Shown here one piece after another: positions 1-10,325 of a DNA stretch of 64,000 nucleotides (the stretch's first letter is position 1; every line of letters begins with the position of its first letter). The notes below the pieces were generated by a model. It had not been told where the DNA came from. It was given only the letters and a program-made list of their open reading frames with translations, and ran no database searches. Position numbers and translations under genes: made by a program. Location of the stretch: contig NW_026136706.1 of the NCBI RefSeq assembly GCF_905237075.1, forward strand, positions 24,847,935 through 24,911,934, given 5' to 3'. Source of the DNA: Dicentrarchus labrax (lineage: Eukaryota).

Positions 1-703
1 CTGTTAGCACATTAACATGAAATCACTTTTAAAAATGTTTTTATTAACTAATGGCATTTGCAAGAATCCACCAGGAACTGAATGGAAACAACCAATCAAA
101 GGCGAGAAAGATGGGTGATTGCTAAGTCTCATTCCCAGGTCATTAAATACATATCCTTTGGGACCCTGGGAATGAGACTCAATCAAATAGAGCGAAGCCT
201 GCGAGCTAGTTCAGGCAGTCAACTCAAGCTGCGCTGATATACACACATGACATGCCTTATTCCATAATCACCAACCAAGCGCACCCTTCCTATCTGGTGG
301 TCTATTTAAACTGCACAATTTCCCAGCCCCCCCTCTGCTCTGTTAATGCCGCTGTTGCCCTGCATCCGTATTGCTGCTGTTGCTAGTGATGGCAGTGCGA
401 CACTGAAGCTTCGATACATGCTTCGAACCCTGAACTACAATTCCATAGAACCACTTCTTCAAAGCTTGCTTTGGTGCGAAAAAAATCACGTGACAAATGA
501 CGTCCGAAGCAGCAACTGTTCCATTGCCTGAATGAATCAGCTGTCTGGTTCGCGGTCCAATCAGGTGATTCACTGCCCCAATTCTGACAGGTGACAGGTT
601 ACGACAGTTTTGAATTTGAGCACCATTAACACTTTATAACCGCTCTAAACAATGCACAATTTGTGGGTTGCTATCGTAGTTGGAGAGTTACTATTTTGAG
701 TTA

Positions 704-799
704 TTGCGTTTGTATTGTTCATTACGTCTGTATTGATTCATTGTGTTTGTATTGATTCATTGCGTTTGTATTGATTCGTTGCGTTTGTATTGATTCATT
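704..799. repeat. Minisatellite of about 5 tandem copies of a 19-21-bp unit (gcgtttgtattgattcatt), ending exactly at the ATG of the hAT-like exon 1
   Basis: Direct reading: cattacgtctgtattgattcatt / gtgtttgtattgattcatt / gcgtttgtattgattcgtt / gcgtttgtattgattcatt, followed by ATG at 800. Confidence 0.8.
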
Positions 800-868
800 A
801 TGGAGCCAGCCAGGAAGAGAGGTCGTTCTAACATGTGGGAACACTTCAATTTGGTCAATCCTGATAAG
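800..868 (+). CDS. hAT/BED-type transposase-like gene, exon 1 (MEPARKRGRSNMWEHFNLVNPDK), ending at a canonical GTAGGT donor
   Basis: ATG at 800-802, open frame to 868, then gtaggtgtg at 869. The W-E-H-F motif is typical of the N-terminal part of BED fingers in hAT transposases and ZBED proteins. Confidence 0.6.
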
Positions 869-1057
869 GTAGGTGTGCTGTTTAATATGTAAAGTAGGAA
901 AAGTAAAGTTACATATACAACAGAAACTACCAGTACAGTACTATAGCTATGCTCCATCTCAAGTTTATATTTAGTAGCAACACACTAAAATAATGTATAT
1001 GATTAGTGTAGCCATTAGGCTATAGACATTTTTATTTACAAATGGCTTTCTCTACAG

Positions 1058-1172
1058 GTCCAGTGCTTGGTGTGTTCAGCTGAACTGAAGTATCGCGGCA
1101 ATACTTCCTCCATGATAAGGCACTTCACTGCCAAGCATGGAGCTGCTGTGAACCAGGGCAACACAAATCAAG
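1058..1172 (+). CDS. hAT/BED transposase-like gene, exon 2 (VQCLVCSAELKYRGNTSSMIRHFTAKHGAAVNQGNTNQ), the Cys2-His2 core of a BED zinc finger
   Basis: Acceptor tctacAG at 1056-1057 and donor GTATGC at 1173. C-x2-C ... H-x4-H spacing (CLVC ... HFTAKH) matches the BED finger. The frame is continuous with exon 1 (phase 0) and leaves phase 1 for exon 3. Confidence 0.6.
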
Positions 1173-1294
1173 GTATGCATTATATCATTATTAACTAGAC
1201 ACACTAACACAATATGATATGACTGTATTCCATGACTCATAGACCTGCTTCATAGAAATGCAATTTCACATAAATCCTTATTTTCTCTTATTCA

Positions 1295-1297
1295 TTT

Positions 1298-1333
<36 letters not shown>
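1295..1333. repeat. (TTTC)n microsatellite forming the polypyrimidine tract of intron 2
   Basis: ttctttctttctttc... repeated about 10 times, immediately before the AG acceptor at 1334-1335. Confidence 0.9.
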
Positions 1334-1335
1334 AG

Positions 1336-1640
1336 TGGACCGAAAGCGAGAGGTAGATGAAGCTCTTGTCAATATTGTGGTGAAAGACTCGCAGCCTTTT
1401 TCCATCGTGGATGACTGTGGCTTTAAGGAGTTTGTGGCATTGCTTGATCCCACATATAGTCTTCCATCCCGACGGGCTCTGAAGAACATGGTGGTTCAGA
1501 GGTATGAGGTGGAGAAAACCAAGACCAAGGCTGTAATTCAAAGGGTAGAGGCTGTGAGCCTGACTGCGGATATGTGGACCTCCATTAATATAGACGCATA
1601 TCTAGCAGTGATATGCCATTATCTGGATGAGTCTGTGTAA
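1336..1640 (+). CDS. hAT transposase-like gene, exon 3, encoding the N-terminal core region with the hallmark LTADMWTS motif; TAA stop at 1638-1640 (truncated relative to a full hAT transposase)
   Basis: Acceptor tttcttAG at 1334-1335 after a (TTTC)n polypyrimidine tract. The split codon g|tg is completed from exon 2. Translation: VDRKREVDEALVNIVVKDSQPFSIVDDCGFKEFVALLDPTYSLPSRRALKNMVVQRYEVEKTKTKAVIQRVEAVSLTADMWTSINIDAYLAVICHYLDESV*. The architecture resembles the equivalent region of Tol2 transposase (recalled from memory). No further hAT-like coding sequence follows. Confidence 0.6.
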
Positions 1641-1861
1641 TTAAAAGCATCATGTCCATCAACTAGCCTGCCTAATTTGACTGCAGCCTTGCACTTTGCC
1701 AGAAGAGGTCACTGTAACTGAAGCTTCGAGTAATGAACCCATTTTCGAAACAATTATCAGTGCTTCACAAAAGCTTCATTTGCCCATCACTAGCTGTTGC
1801 TCTGTAAGCTATTGCTGCCTGCTGCGCTGTAAGCCCCACCACCACCCCAGCATCCACCTGT

Positions 1862-1950
1862 AGGCTCCGACTGGGGGTTAAGGTATTTGCGCATCACTCC
1901 CCAATATCTCTATGTAAACATATCTGAGGGGAGTGATGAGGTCGGAGCCT
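1862..1950. repeat. Imperfect inverted repeat / hairpin (ggctccgac...catcactcccc // ggggagtgatg..gtcggagcc) with a spacer of about 40 bp
   Basis: The arms are readable reverse complements on direct inspection. This could be a small palindromic MITE. Confidence 0.5.
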
Positions 1951-3495
1951 AGACGCCAAAATCTAAATATGCTATAGTGCTCTAATAAACATTTCAAACG
2001 TGAGTTGGCTGACTGAACTATCTTAAAGCTTCCAACCCAAAGTGTCTTTATATCTTTCTCGGCTCTGATTTCATTCAGACCAGCTGGGAAAAAAATCACA
2101 GCTTAAATGTGCCCTGCTGTCCCCTTGATGAACACCCTAAATACATTAGAGCCTTATTCTGTGAGAATGAATTGGCACACTCAACACCAAAAATAATGTG
2201 TTATTAGCAGAAAAAGACATACTGTGATTTCCACACAATATTCCATGATTAGAGTGAGATGAGTCAAACGCTTAAATAGTGATTTCTTCTGAAAGTTACT
2301 TTGGAATACATAATTATATATTATTATATAATTTCAATCATCCCTACAGCATTGTGTTTTGACTTTTTGATATTTCAAGTGATGGTTTAATCTTACATTA
2401 TACATATATAGTTTTGCAATACTGCTTGACTTTATAATCCATATAGGACCTCATTCTTTTCGCTTTTCATTAGTGAAACAGAGAAACTGTGTCAGCTCAG
2501 CAGGGCTTCAGCAGTGGGGAATAGCAAATGGAATCTTATTTTATGGTCCAAATGTACAGTATGTGTGCAGATTTAAGACAAGGCCATTAGTAAACCGTGC
2601 AGTCATTGTTTTTCTACACATTATAACTGGGAGGGATATGGAAATGTGTGGTCCCCCATCAGCAACACTTGCTAGCATCAAAAGAGATGCATAATAGATG
2701 GTGGAAAAACCGTAGCAGGCCTACTGAGAACGAATTTTAGAAGTGAAACATGTAAAGAATCATGACTAACAAGGCCCCATTGTCCTGTGTGGATAAAAGG
2801 ACAAGCTTTTCTTAGTCAGATCACTAACTGAATAGATTAGGGATGTTTTTGTTCATATTTTAGTCTTCCTGTAATGTCTCTGAACCCAGATGTGAGGACT
2901 CAAAAGCAGGACTCAAACACAGATCACATGGTCGTTTAAAAAGACAATTACTGGAACACAAAAGCTGAAGAGCACACTGAATGATTTGGCAAAGAACTGG
3001 GGAAAATGGGCTCACCAGTTTTGAATACTGGCACCTTATTATCCACACGACTACCCTTACTTCTTATTGTGTACTGGGACCTCTGGTGAGCCTGGCCGTA
3101 CCTACCACTGATGTCACCGAGGTCTGGAACTCAGTATTTTTTCTGAGGGTTATACAGTCAAAGTTGTGAAATAATTTACTAAAAATGACTACATTGATAA
3201 ATTAGGGTAATTTGGCCCAGGCAGTGGATATTTCCGCTAAACAGAAAGGGATGACTGAAGGTGCAGAAGAACAGCACACAGGTGTGGAGGAGGAATGGAA
3301 AGATACTTAGGTTAATGTGGTGAGATTATAGTATGCACCATTGAAAAGCAGGTAAGCCTCTGGTATTATTTTACCTAGAAGTTGTTATGCTCTTTTATGA
3401 AGCTCATTTGCTGCCATTTTCATTCATATTCTCTTCTTCCAGTTATTACTTGCTGTTACAGTTGCTCCCTTTGAGCATAATTACTTGAACAAACA

Positions 3496-3545
3496 CTCTA
3501 AATCAGAATCAGAATCAGCTTTATTAGCCAAGTATGTGTACACAA
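3496..3545 (+). repeat. Copy of a short teleost interspersed repeat starting (cagaatcagaatcag...ctttatt); a second copy lies at 44654-44715
   Basis: Near-identical motif: 'aatcagaatcagaatcagctttattagccaag' here versus 'tcagaatcagagtcagaatcagaaatactttattgttcc' at 44654. Confidence 0.5.
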
Positions 3546-3939
3546 CCGTAACTTCTTGGTGTCCACATAGAAATACAAAACATTCACACAGAATGTACAG
3601 GAGCCATCCACACTTAATCACATACACCTCTGACCTAAAACACATACCCACCCAGTCCCCCTCATACCTACACAGAATACCCGCAACAGCAGCAACAACA
3701 ATGATAACTAATAAACAGATATAATGTCAGTCTCTCAATCTTCTAGTCCAGTTATGATTAGCTTAATAAGAAGAACAATCATTCATTGATGTCAAACAAA
3801 GGAACCGACATAACAGCTAAGAACAAGGACAGCAAAGCTGAACAAAAAAAGGTGAGACAGGACTATTATGTTTACATGTGAAGAAATATCTTTCATACAA
3901 ACATGAAGCACAAAGTGCTTCACATAGCAAACAACACAT

Positions 3940-4330
3940 AAAAATAATATGAAGGCAGTGAGTTCCACAGTTTAGTTTAGGCATAAAAACAGAAGGCATT
4001 CTCACCAGTCCTTTATGGGACATAAGGAACATTAAAAAGAAAAGTGGTGGAGGACCTCAGTGATCTAGCTGGAACATAAAATGAAAGAAAGTCTCCAATG
4101 TATGGTGGAGCAAGGTCATTTAAAACTTTATAAACAATTAAAAGAACTCTAAAATCAATTCTGAAAGATACAGGCAGCCAGTGCAATGTCTTCAGCAGAG
4201 GTGTGATGTGGTTCATTTTCCTAGTTTTAGTTAAGACTCTGGCCGCTACTAGCTCTAGCTTTCTTATAGACTTTTAAGGTAATCCCATTAAAAGAGAACT
4301 ACAATAATCTAAACAGAAAAAAATCAGAAT
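3940..4330 (-). mobile_element. 3' end of a non-LTR retrotransposon (L2/CR1-like LINE tail). The minus-strand ORF carries the conserved LHWLPV..RIDF.VLL.VYK.LN.LAP.Y...L..Y.P.R.LRS motif
   Basis: The ORF at 4013-4216 (-) translates to ...LKTLHWLPVSFRIDFRVLLIVYKVLNDLAPPYIGDFLSFYVPARSLRSS..., a motif I recognise from the C-terminal region of fish LINE ORF2. The flanking sequence matches a widespread fish repeat (ggccagtgcaatg...gttttagttaagactc). Confidence 0.5.
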
Positions 4331-4861
4331 CTAAAATCCCCCCCAAATTTGTGACATTATATTTTTATGTTTTTGGTAGGGTCACCCAGTATATTGATAG
4401 TTTTTCTCTCTCTGCTTTGGGTCCTATTAAAAGAATCTCTGTTTTTTCCTCATTAAGCTTTAAAAAGTTCTTACTCATCCATACATTGATGTCAGTGAGA
4501 CAGGCAATGACAGCATGTCATTGTCATTGTAGAGTTGGGGTTGTTTGGTGAAGCATAAAAATTATAATTGACTTGGTGATGATTAATGATATTTCTGAGG
4601 GGGGAGCATATATAGAGAGAACAGAATTGGTCCAAGAATGCTTCCTTGAGGGATACCATATTGAATACGAGAAACAAGTCCAGTGTTTCTGTACGTACAA
4701 TACCAAAAATATTGAATGGATTATACATGTAGTGGATGATTAGTATGTTGTATACATGTAAATACATGCTACTATATGTACAGTGTGAAGGATTTTTATT
4801 GACAATGAAATATGTTGTTTGTCAATTCCCTCCCTCTTCTCTAATCGGTTTTATAGTCTGA

Positions 4862-5115
4862 CAATTCTATGGTTATGGTTTAGTTAGGGTTAGGCATGAA
4901 AACAACTTGGTTAGGTTCGGCAAAAAATCATGGTTTGGGTTAAAATAAGTACTTCATCAACAATAGGGAAAAATTGTCATCAAACTTGACAAAAACCTTC
5001 ACTTCCTCTTGTATGAAAGTCAAATGTTTTGTTGACCCAACCATCCATCCCGAACTTCCCTGGATGTACTATAAGAACTGGATTTGGACTCAAAGATGAA
5101 CGGTTGTTGACGTCA
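4862..5115 (+). repeat. Interspersed repeat family A, copy 1, containing telomere-like GGTTAGGGTTAGG and 'catggtttgggttaaaataagt ... gttgacccaaccatccatcccgaac'; copy 2 at 34335-34650
   Basis: Clear similarity between 4893-5060 and 34330-34625. Copy 2 carries an internal triplicated subrepeat (gttaaagttaggg...). Confidence 0.6.
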
Positions 5116-5689
5116 CATGAATAGAAATTTAATAAAACGTTTCCAAGATCTGGGGAAGTTTTAATAATGCTGGTCTGTACTAAAGCAATAACAAAAAAAA
5201 TAAATAAAAAAATCGACATTTGAAAAAAAAAACTTTTGCTTTTTCTTCATAATATATCTAGGTACCCTAAAACCACCCACATACCACAACGCCTGATGGG
5301 AGTGGAAGTCACAGGGTATACTCAGTGGAATGGGATAGAGAACAAATTACAATAAAATGTTTGTGTTATGTCGCACCAGAAAATGAAAAGCTTTATAGCC
5401 AGTGACAGTCACCAGCTGATGGTACCAAGTTAACATTTTTCTGAGAGGGTAAATCTTACCAACCATAGCCACTGTTCTCTCAAAAGAAGCTGATTGCTCC
5501 CATTCTTTTTTTACAAGATGCACTCTCTCATTAACTATGTTGATTAGACTCTGGAAGGCTGGAACAATTAGTGTACAAGTCTAAAGATTTTTCTTTCATT
5601 CATTCATTATTCTAGTAAGGGGCACAGACAATGAGCAAGAAGTTAGAGCAGGTTGCTGTGAGAGCCTGGATGACCTACTGAGGAGGTCG

Positions 5690-6030
5690 GACTGTGTCAT
5701 GAAAGCTCTCCGTTTTAAAGCATACCCTGCTTTATCTAAATTGGACGATAAATTACACAAAGGTGATCATAATGTATTGAACAAGACTTGAAATTAGCAA
5801 TTGAGACCATAAACTCATTAGGAACTGTTTACTGAGCTAATAAATCAAGTGAGAAGTTCTCCATAAAGCTCAATACTATCGGCTTCTTTGTGCAGTCAAT
5901 GGTGCTGCCCCCTGCTGGCCTTTACATAGAATGTTTAAGACCCTTCTGTGCTGGCTTCACCTCACAGACCTGGAAGCCCTATCCACTATATATACTGTCA
6001 ATGGTTTTACTTCAGAGACAACAGGCCTCT
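5690..6030 (+). repeat. Interspersed repeat family B, copy 1 (…gagaccataaactcattaggaactgtttactgagctaataaatcaagtgagaagtt…); copy 2 at 47090-47345
   Basis: 'accatgaactcattaggaaacagattattgaggcaataaatcaagtgagaggtt' at 47150 versus 5790-5850. A further shared block is 'tcaatggttttacttcag' / 'tcagtggttttactgcaatg'. Confidence 0.6.
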
Positions 6031-7739
6031 TCAGCCACAGAGCCAATGAAACCCACAGCAACACTGGTCAACATCAGCAGAGGTTGGAACAATATGTTTC
6101 TAGACCGTATTGATCTTGATTCATTATTACTAGTCCAAGTTATTAAAATTGCTCTTGTCTCAGGGTGTCTAAGTTGACTTAGCTGTGCGGTCAGGAACAT
6201 TCTGTGCTGCAGCATTAGACATTAGACACATCCTGAACCTTTACTAAAGTCTCATCAGTTTGAAAATACACTCTCAGACCAATCAGAAACAGAATCACAT
6301 TCTCAAGTTAGAAGGATCTATTCTACTAAAGTATTACTCCCTGCTTACTCCTAACTCCTCCTGACGCTTATTCAATCTTTGGCCTGCCTAATGTGCTGAT
6401 TACCCCCCCACCACCACCCCCAAAATTAAGCAAAGCAGCAGTAACCAAACTGTTAGGTACAATCAATGTCAGATCTTAAAATTGAAATGTGAACATAAGC
6501 AGAGAGTGTATTATAAGTGTATTATCACACTTCACAATAACAGTTCAGACAGATCTTCCGGTACATCTACACATAAGAAAAGTGGAAATAATACAGAAAA
6601 CAAGAACTGTATACGTATGAAATGTGCCACGTTTCACGAGAAGCAAACATCTCTGTTCTAGTTAGCATGTTTCTGATCAGTGTTTAATGTCATTTGAGAT
6701 AATGTTTGAAACCACAATGCTTTGTCTCTGAAAAATGCCTCTCCGCCCGCCTGATCTTCTGTAATAGGAAAACCTTTCGAGATTGATAAATGACTCCTTA
6801 TATATCAGTGTCAAAATGTTATGGACTATGGAATACCTGTAATTAAATTACTTGGTCAGCTGTGGAGCAGTGTGGAAAGGCAATTGCACCAATCCAAAAC
6901 TGTTTTCACAGTGCATTGAATATGTATATATTTACAAAACATTTTCAACTTCTAACAAAATTTTAAATTACTCAGATTACAGTTATATTGATTAAAAAAT
7001 GGGATTATTTAGCAGTATTAGAGTTCTTCTTTTAAAAAAATCCACTTTCAGCAGATGAATGTAAAAACATCCTCCTACTGTCAAACTCTGCACAGACATC
7101 ATTCAAACATCACACTGTAGGAATGAGAAGAAACACTGATTTCTGACTGGAGGGGGGCTTTAAATATTGAAAAAGTCAACAGTGACATGGAGCGTGACAC
7201 AGGGTGTGTTTACTATATAAACATTTTACTGACACTACACTTTTAATTTAACCGTAACCAAAGTGCCTTTGTTGCTTTAATTTAACCACACACAGGACTC
7301 GGTATGAGTGTGCCCAAATGAGGCCCCTGAGGCCATGTTTGAATGTAGCAATGGGGACAGACAACAGTAAGGCTGCCACTCGCTCTCTATCTATGATTGT
7401 ATTTTAAAAAGGGCACGCTGTCTAGAAATGAAGGGCACCCTTTCAGCCGGCGGCACACACAGGCCTCCCTGAAGCCCACAGAGCGGCTGACTCCGGCTGG
7501 CCTTTTCCCTCAAGGCTTCTCCTATAAACTGTGAAGGTGATCCTTATGGGGAGAGCTACATTAGTCCATCACAGACGTGACCTCATTGGAAGTGAGAATT
7601 GTCCTTGAGATCTTTTGATTGTCCCACGCCTGCTTAGTTTCATTTACTCGACAGGCTTTTCCTTTCGTACATTAAATCACTACAAGGCTTTGCTCATACA
7701 GCAGTATTTTCATCTGAACATAGCAGGCAGTGTTTTTTG

Positions 7740-8140
7740 AAAATTATATTTGTATTCTATAGCCCAATTCGGATGGGATTAACATTAGAGGGGGAGGCGT
7801 AATATATTCTGTGTGCTCCTCCGTGACTTAGCTCATTGTTTCGGACGGCATTTTAACCACTTTAAAATACGGTGTGTATACATGGCAGCACTAGCCAAAA
7901 GAGAATACCAGTACTTAGCAGAAGCTGACATTACAACAGCCCATTAGATGAGCTTTTACGGGGTCATGCTCTCCTGATGGCTTGAATTTTTTTCTTTCGT
8001 AATATTAGTTCCCAAATAGGCCTAAACATTGGTGTTAAGATGTTTCCATCCGTCGGATTAGCAAGAACATTTTTTATTTCCTCCGTTTTCCCATAAAAGT
8101 CAAATTTCACACTGAGCTGTTGCAAAAAGTCTAAGGACAA
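7740..8140 (+). repeat. Interspersed repeat family C, copy 1; copy 2 at 55485-56095 with about 270 bp of extra internal sequence
   Basis: Shared blocks: 'cccaattcggatgggattaacattagaggggg...gtgctcctccgtgacttagctcattgtttcg' versus 'cccaattcagacagagttaacattacaagggg...gtgctcctctgtaatttaactcattgtttcg'; 'gagcttttacggggtcatgctctcctgatgg' versus 'gagcttttacaggtcttgctctcctgatgag'; and 'aaaagtcaaatttcacactgag' versus 'aaaagtcaaatttgacacggag'. Confidence 0.6.
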
Positions 8141-9850
8141 GCTCTTCACGGAGGAAAAATCCAATTCCAGTCAATGTCCAATTTCCTATGCATTGCACTC
8201 TGGTAACTGGTAATTCATTAAATGTATTATATTATGGCTCTCATTACATGCTGACTTAGCTGGGGGGTCTTATTTTGGTCTTTCTGACTGTTGCACTCTG
8301 CTTCTTTCTGCTCTACACTCATGATCTCTAGTTTTAATGACTACGATAAGTTAACCTTGTGAGGCAGCTGGACGAGAATCCATCTTGCCAGGCTTCAATC
8401 AGCACCCTTTGAGAAAGTACTGCCAGCTATGCACGCGACGCAGTGAGAGGATGTGTTCATCAAACAGCATTGGCGGCTGCTAAAGAGGTTAGTGTAGATG
8501 CAGTTCTATCAGAACTGGAGAGTATTTCTTCATTGAAAGAAGAGCAAATAACAAAATTCTCATCAGAAACACTCGACTGGCTTTGGTAAGAGTATAAATG
8601 CGTTAAAGGGTTGGTGGATTTGGTTTAAGTTGCCAGACGGTGACAGACAGATGGTTCATCCAATCCCCTGCTGATTATTTTTTTGGGAGCGTCTGCCCTT
8701 TTCCAAACTGTTTCCAAAGAGCATCTATCTATGAGCATCACAACAACAGCTTTAGTTTATTTTTGCACCTTTTTGCCCATTTACAAGCCCCGTCAGTTTA
8801 ACACTCTTACTATTCCAGATCCTGCCATACCTATCTCGTTTCTTTTCGCCTCCTACCGCCATTACTCACCTGATCAACACCCACCTGCACAGCTGCCCCT
8901 CAATCATTCACTCTCTGTATATTTATAGCTGCCCTCTAGCCTTTAAGCTCATTCACACCAGATAGCGGCACAGTGAAATTTACCTTTGGAAACATGGTGA
9001 CTACACTCAGAGCTAGTTAGTGAAGTAATCAATCTGGCTAGATAACCACTAACACGCTATCCAGCCGGGAACATGCTAACACTTCTCAGTCACAATGCTT
9101 ACAGTAAATTCCAGTGGGACAGACTGTTTTTATTATAATAAGATATGTGACTTTTCCCCTTATAACTGTCTGTAAGCCATTCCTCCTTTGTGGAAAAATG
9201 TACACTCATGTAACATGGTTCTCCTGATTTTTGGTCTTGTTGCCTCTGAGTTTTGCAATGTTCGGGCAATTTGCTACATGTCCAATTCGAGAGAATCCAC
9301 TGTGATTCTGCTGAATTTTATTGATTTCACCCCAAAAAATGCTCATGTGCCTTCTTGCCTTGATCACCCTGCCTCTCTTCTGACTGTTCTCTGAAACTAT
9401 TCCTAAATACTCATTAACGTTTTCAATTAAAGGTCTAATGTGTTGGATTTACTGGCATCAAGTTGTGTAGTGACAGATCACTCACTTGCTTTACCTTCCC
9501 TCTCCAAATGACAAGAAGAAACCGCTGTTTGTGAAACGTGTGATAACGTGAATGCCCCTATCTTTCCAGTGTTTGGTTTGTCCCTTCAGGGCAACTGTAC
9601 AAACACATTTTGCAACATCTTTGTAATTTTCTTTTTTTGAATAGTGGGCTCGTACGAGTGTGCCACATCAGATTCAACAAACACTCCTAACTTCAGATTT
9701 CTGTGTAAATCAACTGTGTGGCAAAAAGACGCCCTGATACCATATAAAGGCCTAAGAGAAATTCATAATAAGAGATTATTGGTCAATTTCCCAAGTTCTC
9801 CTAAATCAGTCGTACCAACCATGAGTGGTTCTTGTGTGAGGCCCATTGAT

Positions 9851-9950
9851 TCTTATTTTCAGGAGATTATACACTAATAAAAACATACCTATAAATATTA
9901 TATTCCATTTCTGCCAATAAATCCTCCTAATGTTACACACTGGACCTTTA
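9851..9950 (+). mobile_element. MITE-like family M, 3' partial copy (…ttattttcagg.gattatacactaat…ccatttctgccaataaatcctcctaatgttacacactggaccttta)
   Basis: Matches the 3' halves of the copies at 18852-19152, 37283-37568 and 39894-40134. Confidence 0.6.
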
Positions 9951-10260
9951 TATAGAAAGGATGTCGGATAGATAGAGTCACAGTCTGGGGACACATTTTC
10001 TGGGATCTAAACATGGCTGTTAAATATTGATCAGGTCTGATGAGTTGCTCCTGTCCTAGTTTATAATGGCTTCTTCATCACCTCAGTCATTATATTGATT
10101 TTGGCACCATGAGCACCACTTTCACATTAGGGTAATTTGAATCAGTGTTAATATCCAAAATGTTGATTAATGCAAGGTATTTCTCACTCTCTTATTCAAA
10201 TCAACTGAAACATATTTAGCACAAACGAGTAGACATCAGGCTTGCATCGCTGTCTGTTGC

Positions 10261-10325
10261 TGCGTGTATGTGTATGTGTATGTGTATGTGAGGGTGGGTG
10301 TGAGAGTGGGAGGATGGTGTGTGAG
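10261..10325. repeat. (GTGTAT)n / GT-rich simple repeat
   Basis: tgcgtgtatgtgtatgtgtatgtgtatgtgagggtgggtgtgagagtggg... Confidence 0.9.

Noticed and set aside
240-600. A GC-richer segment with CACGTG and TGACGTC motifs upstream of the hAT exon 1, as a definite promoter
   Set aside because: The motifs are short and common. I mention them only as context for the hAT gene fragment and do not call a feature.
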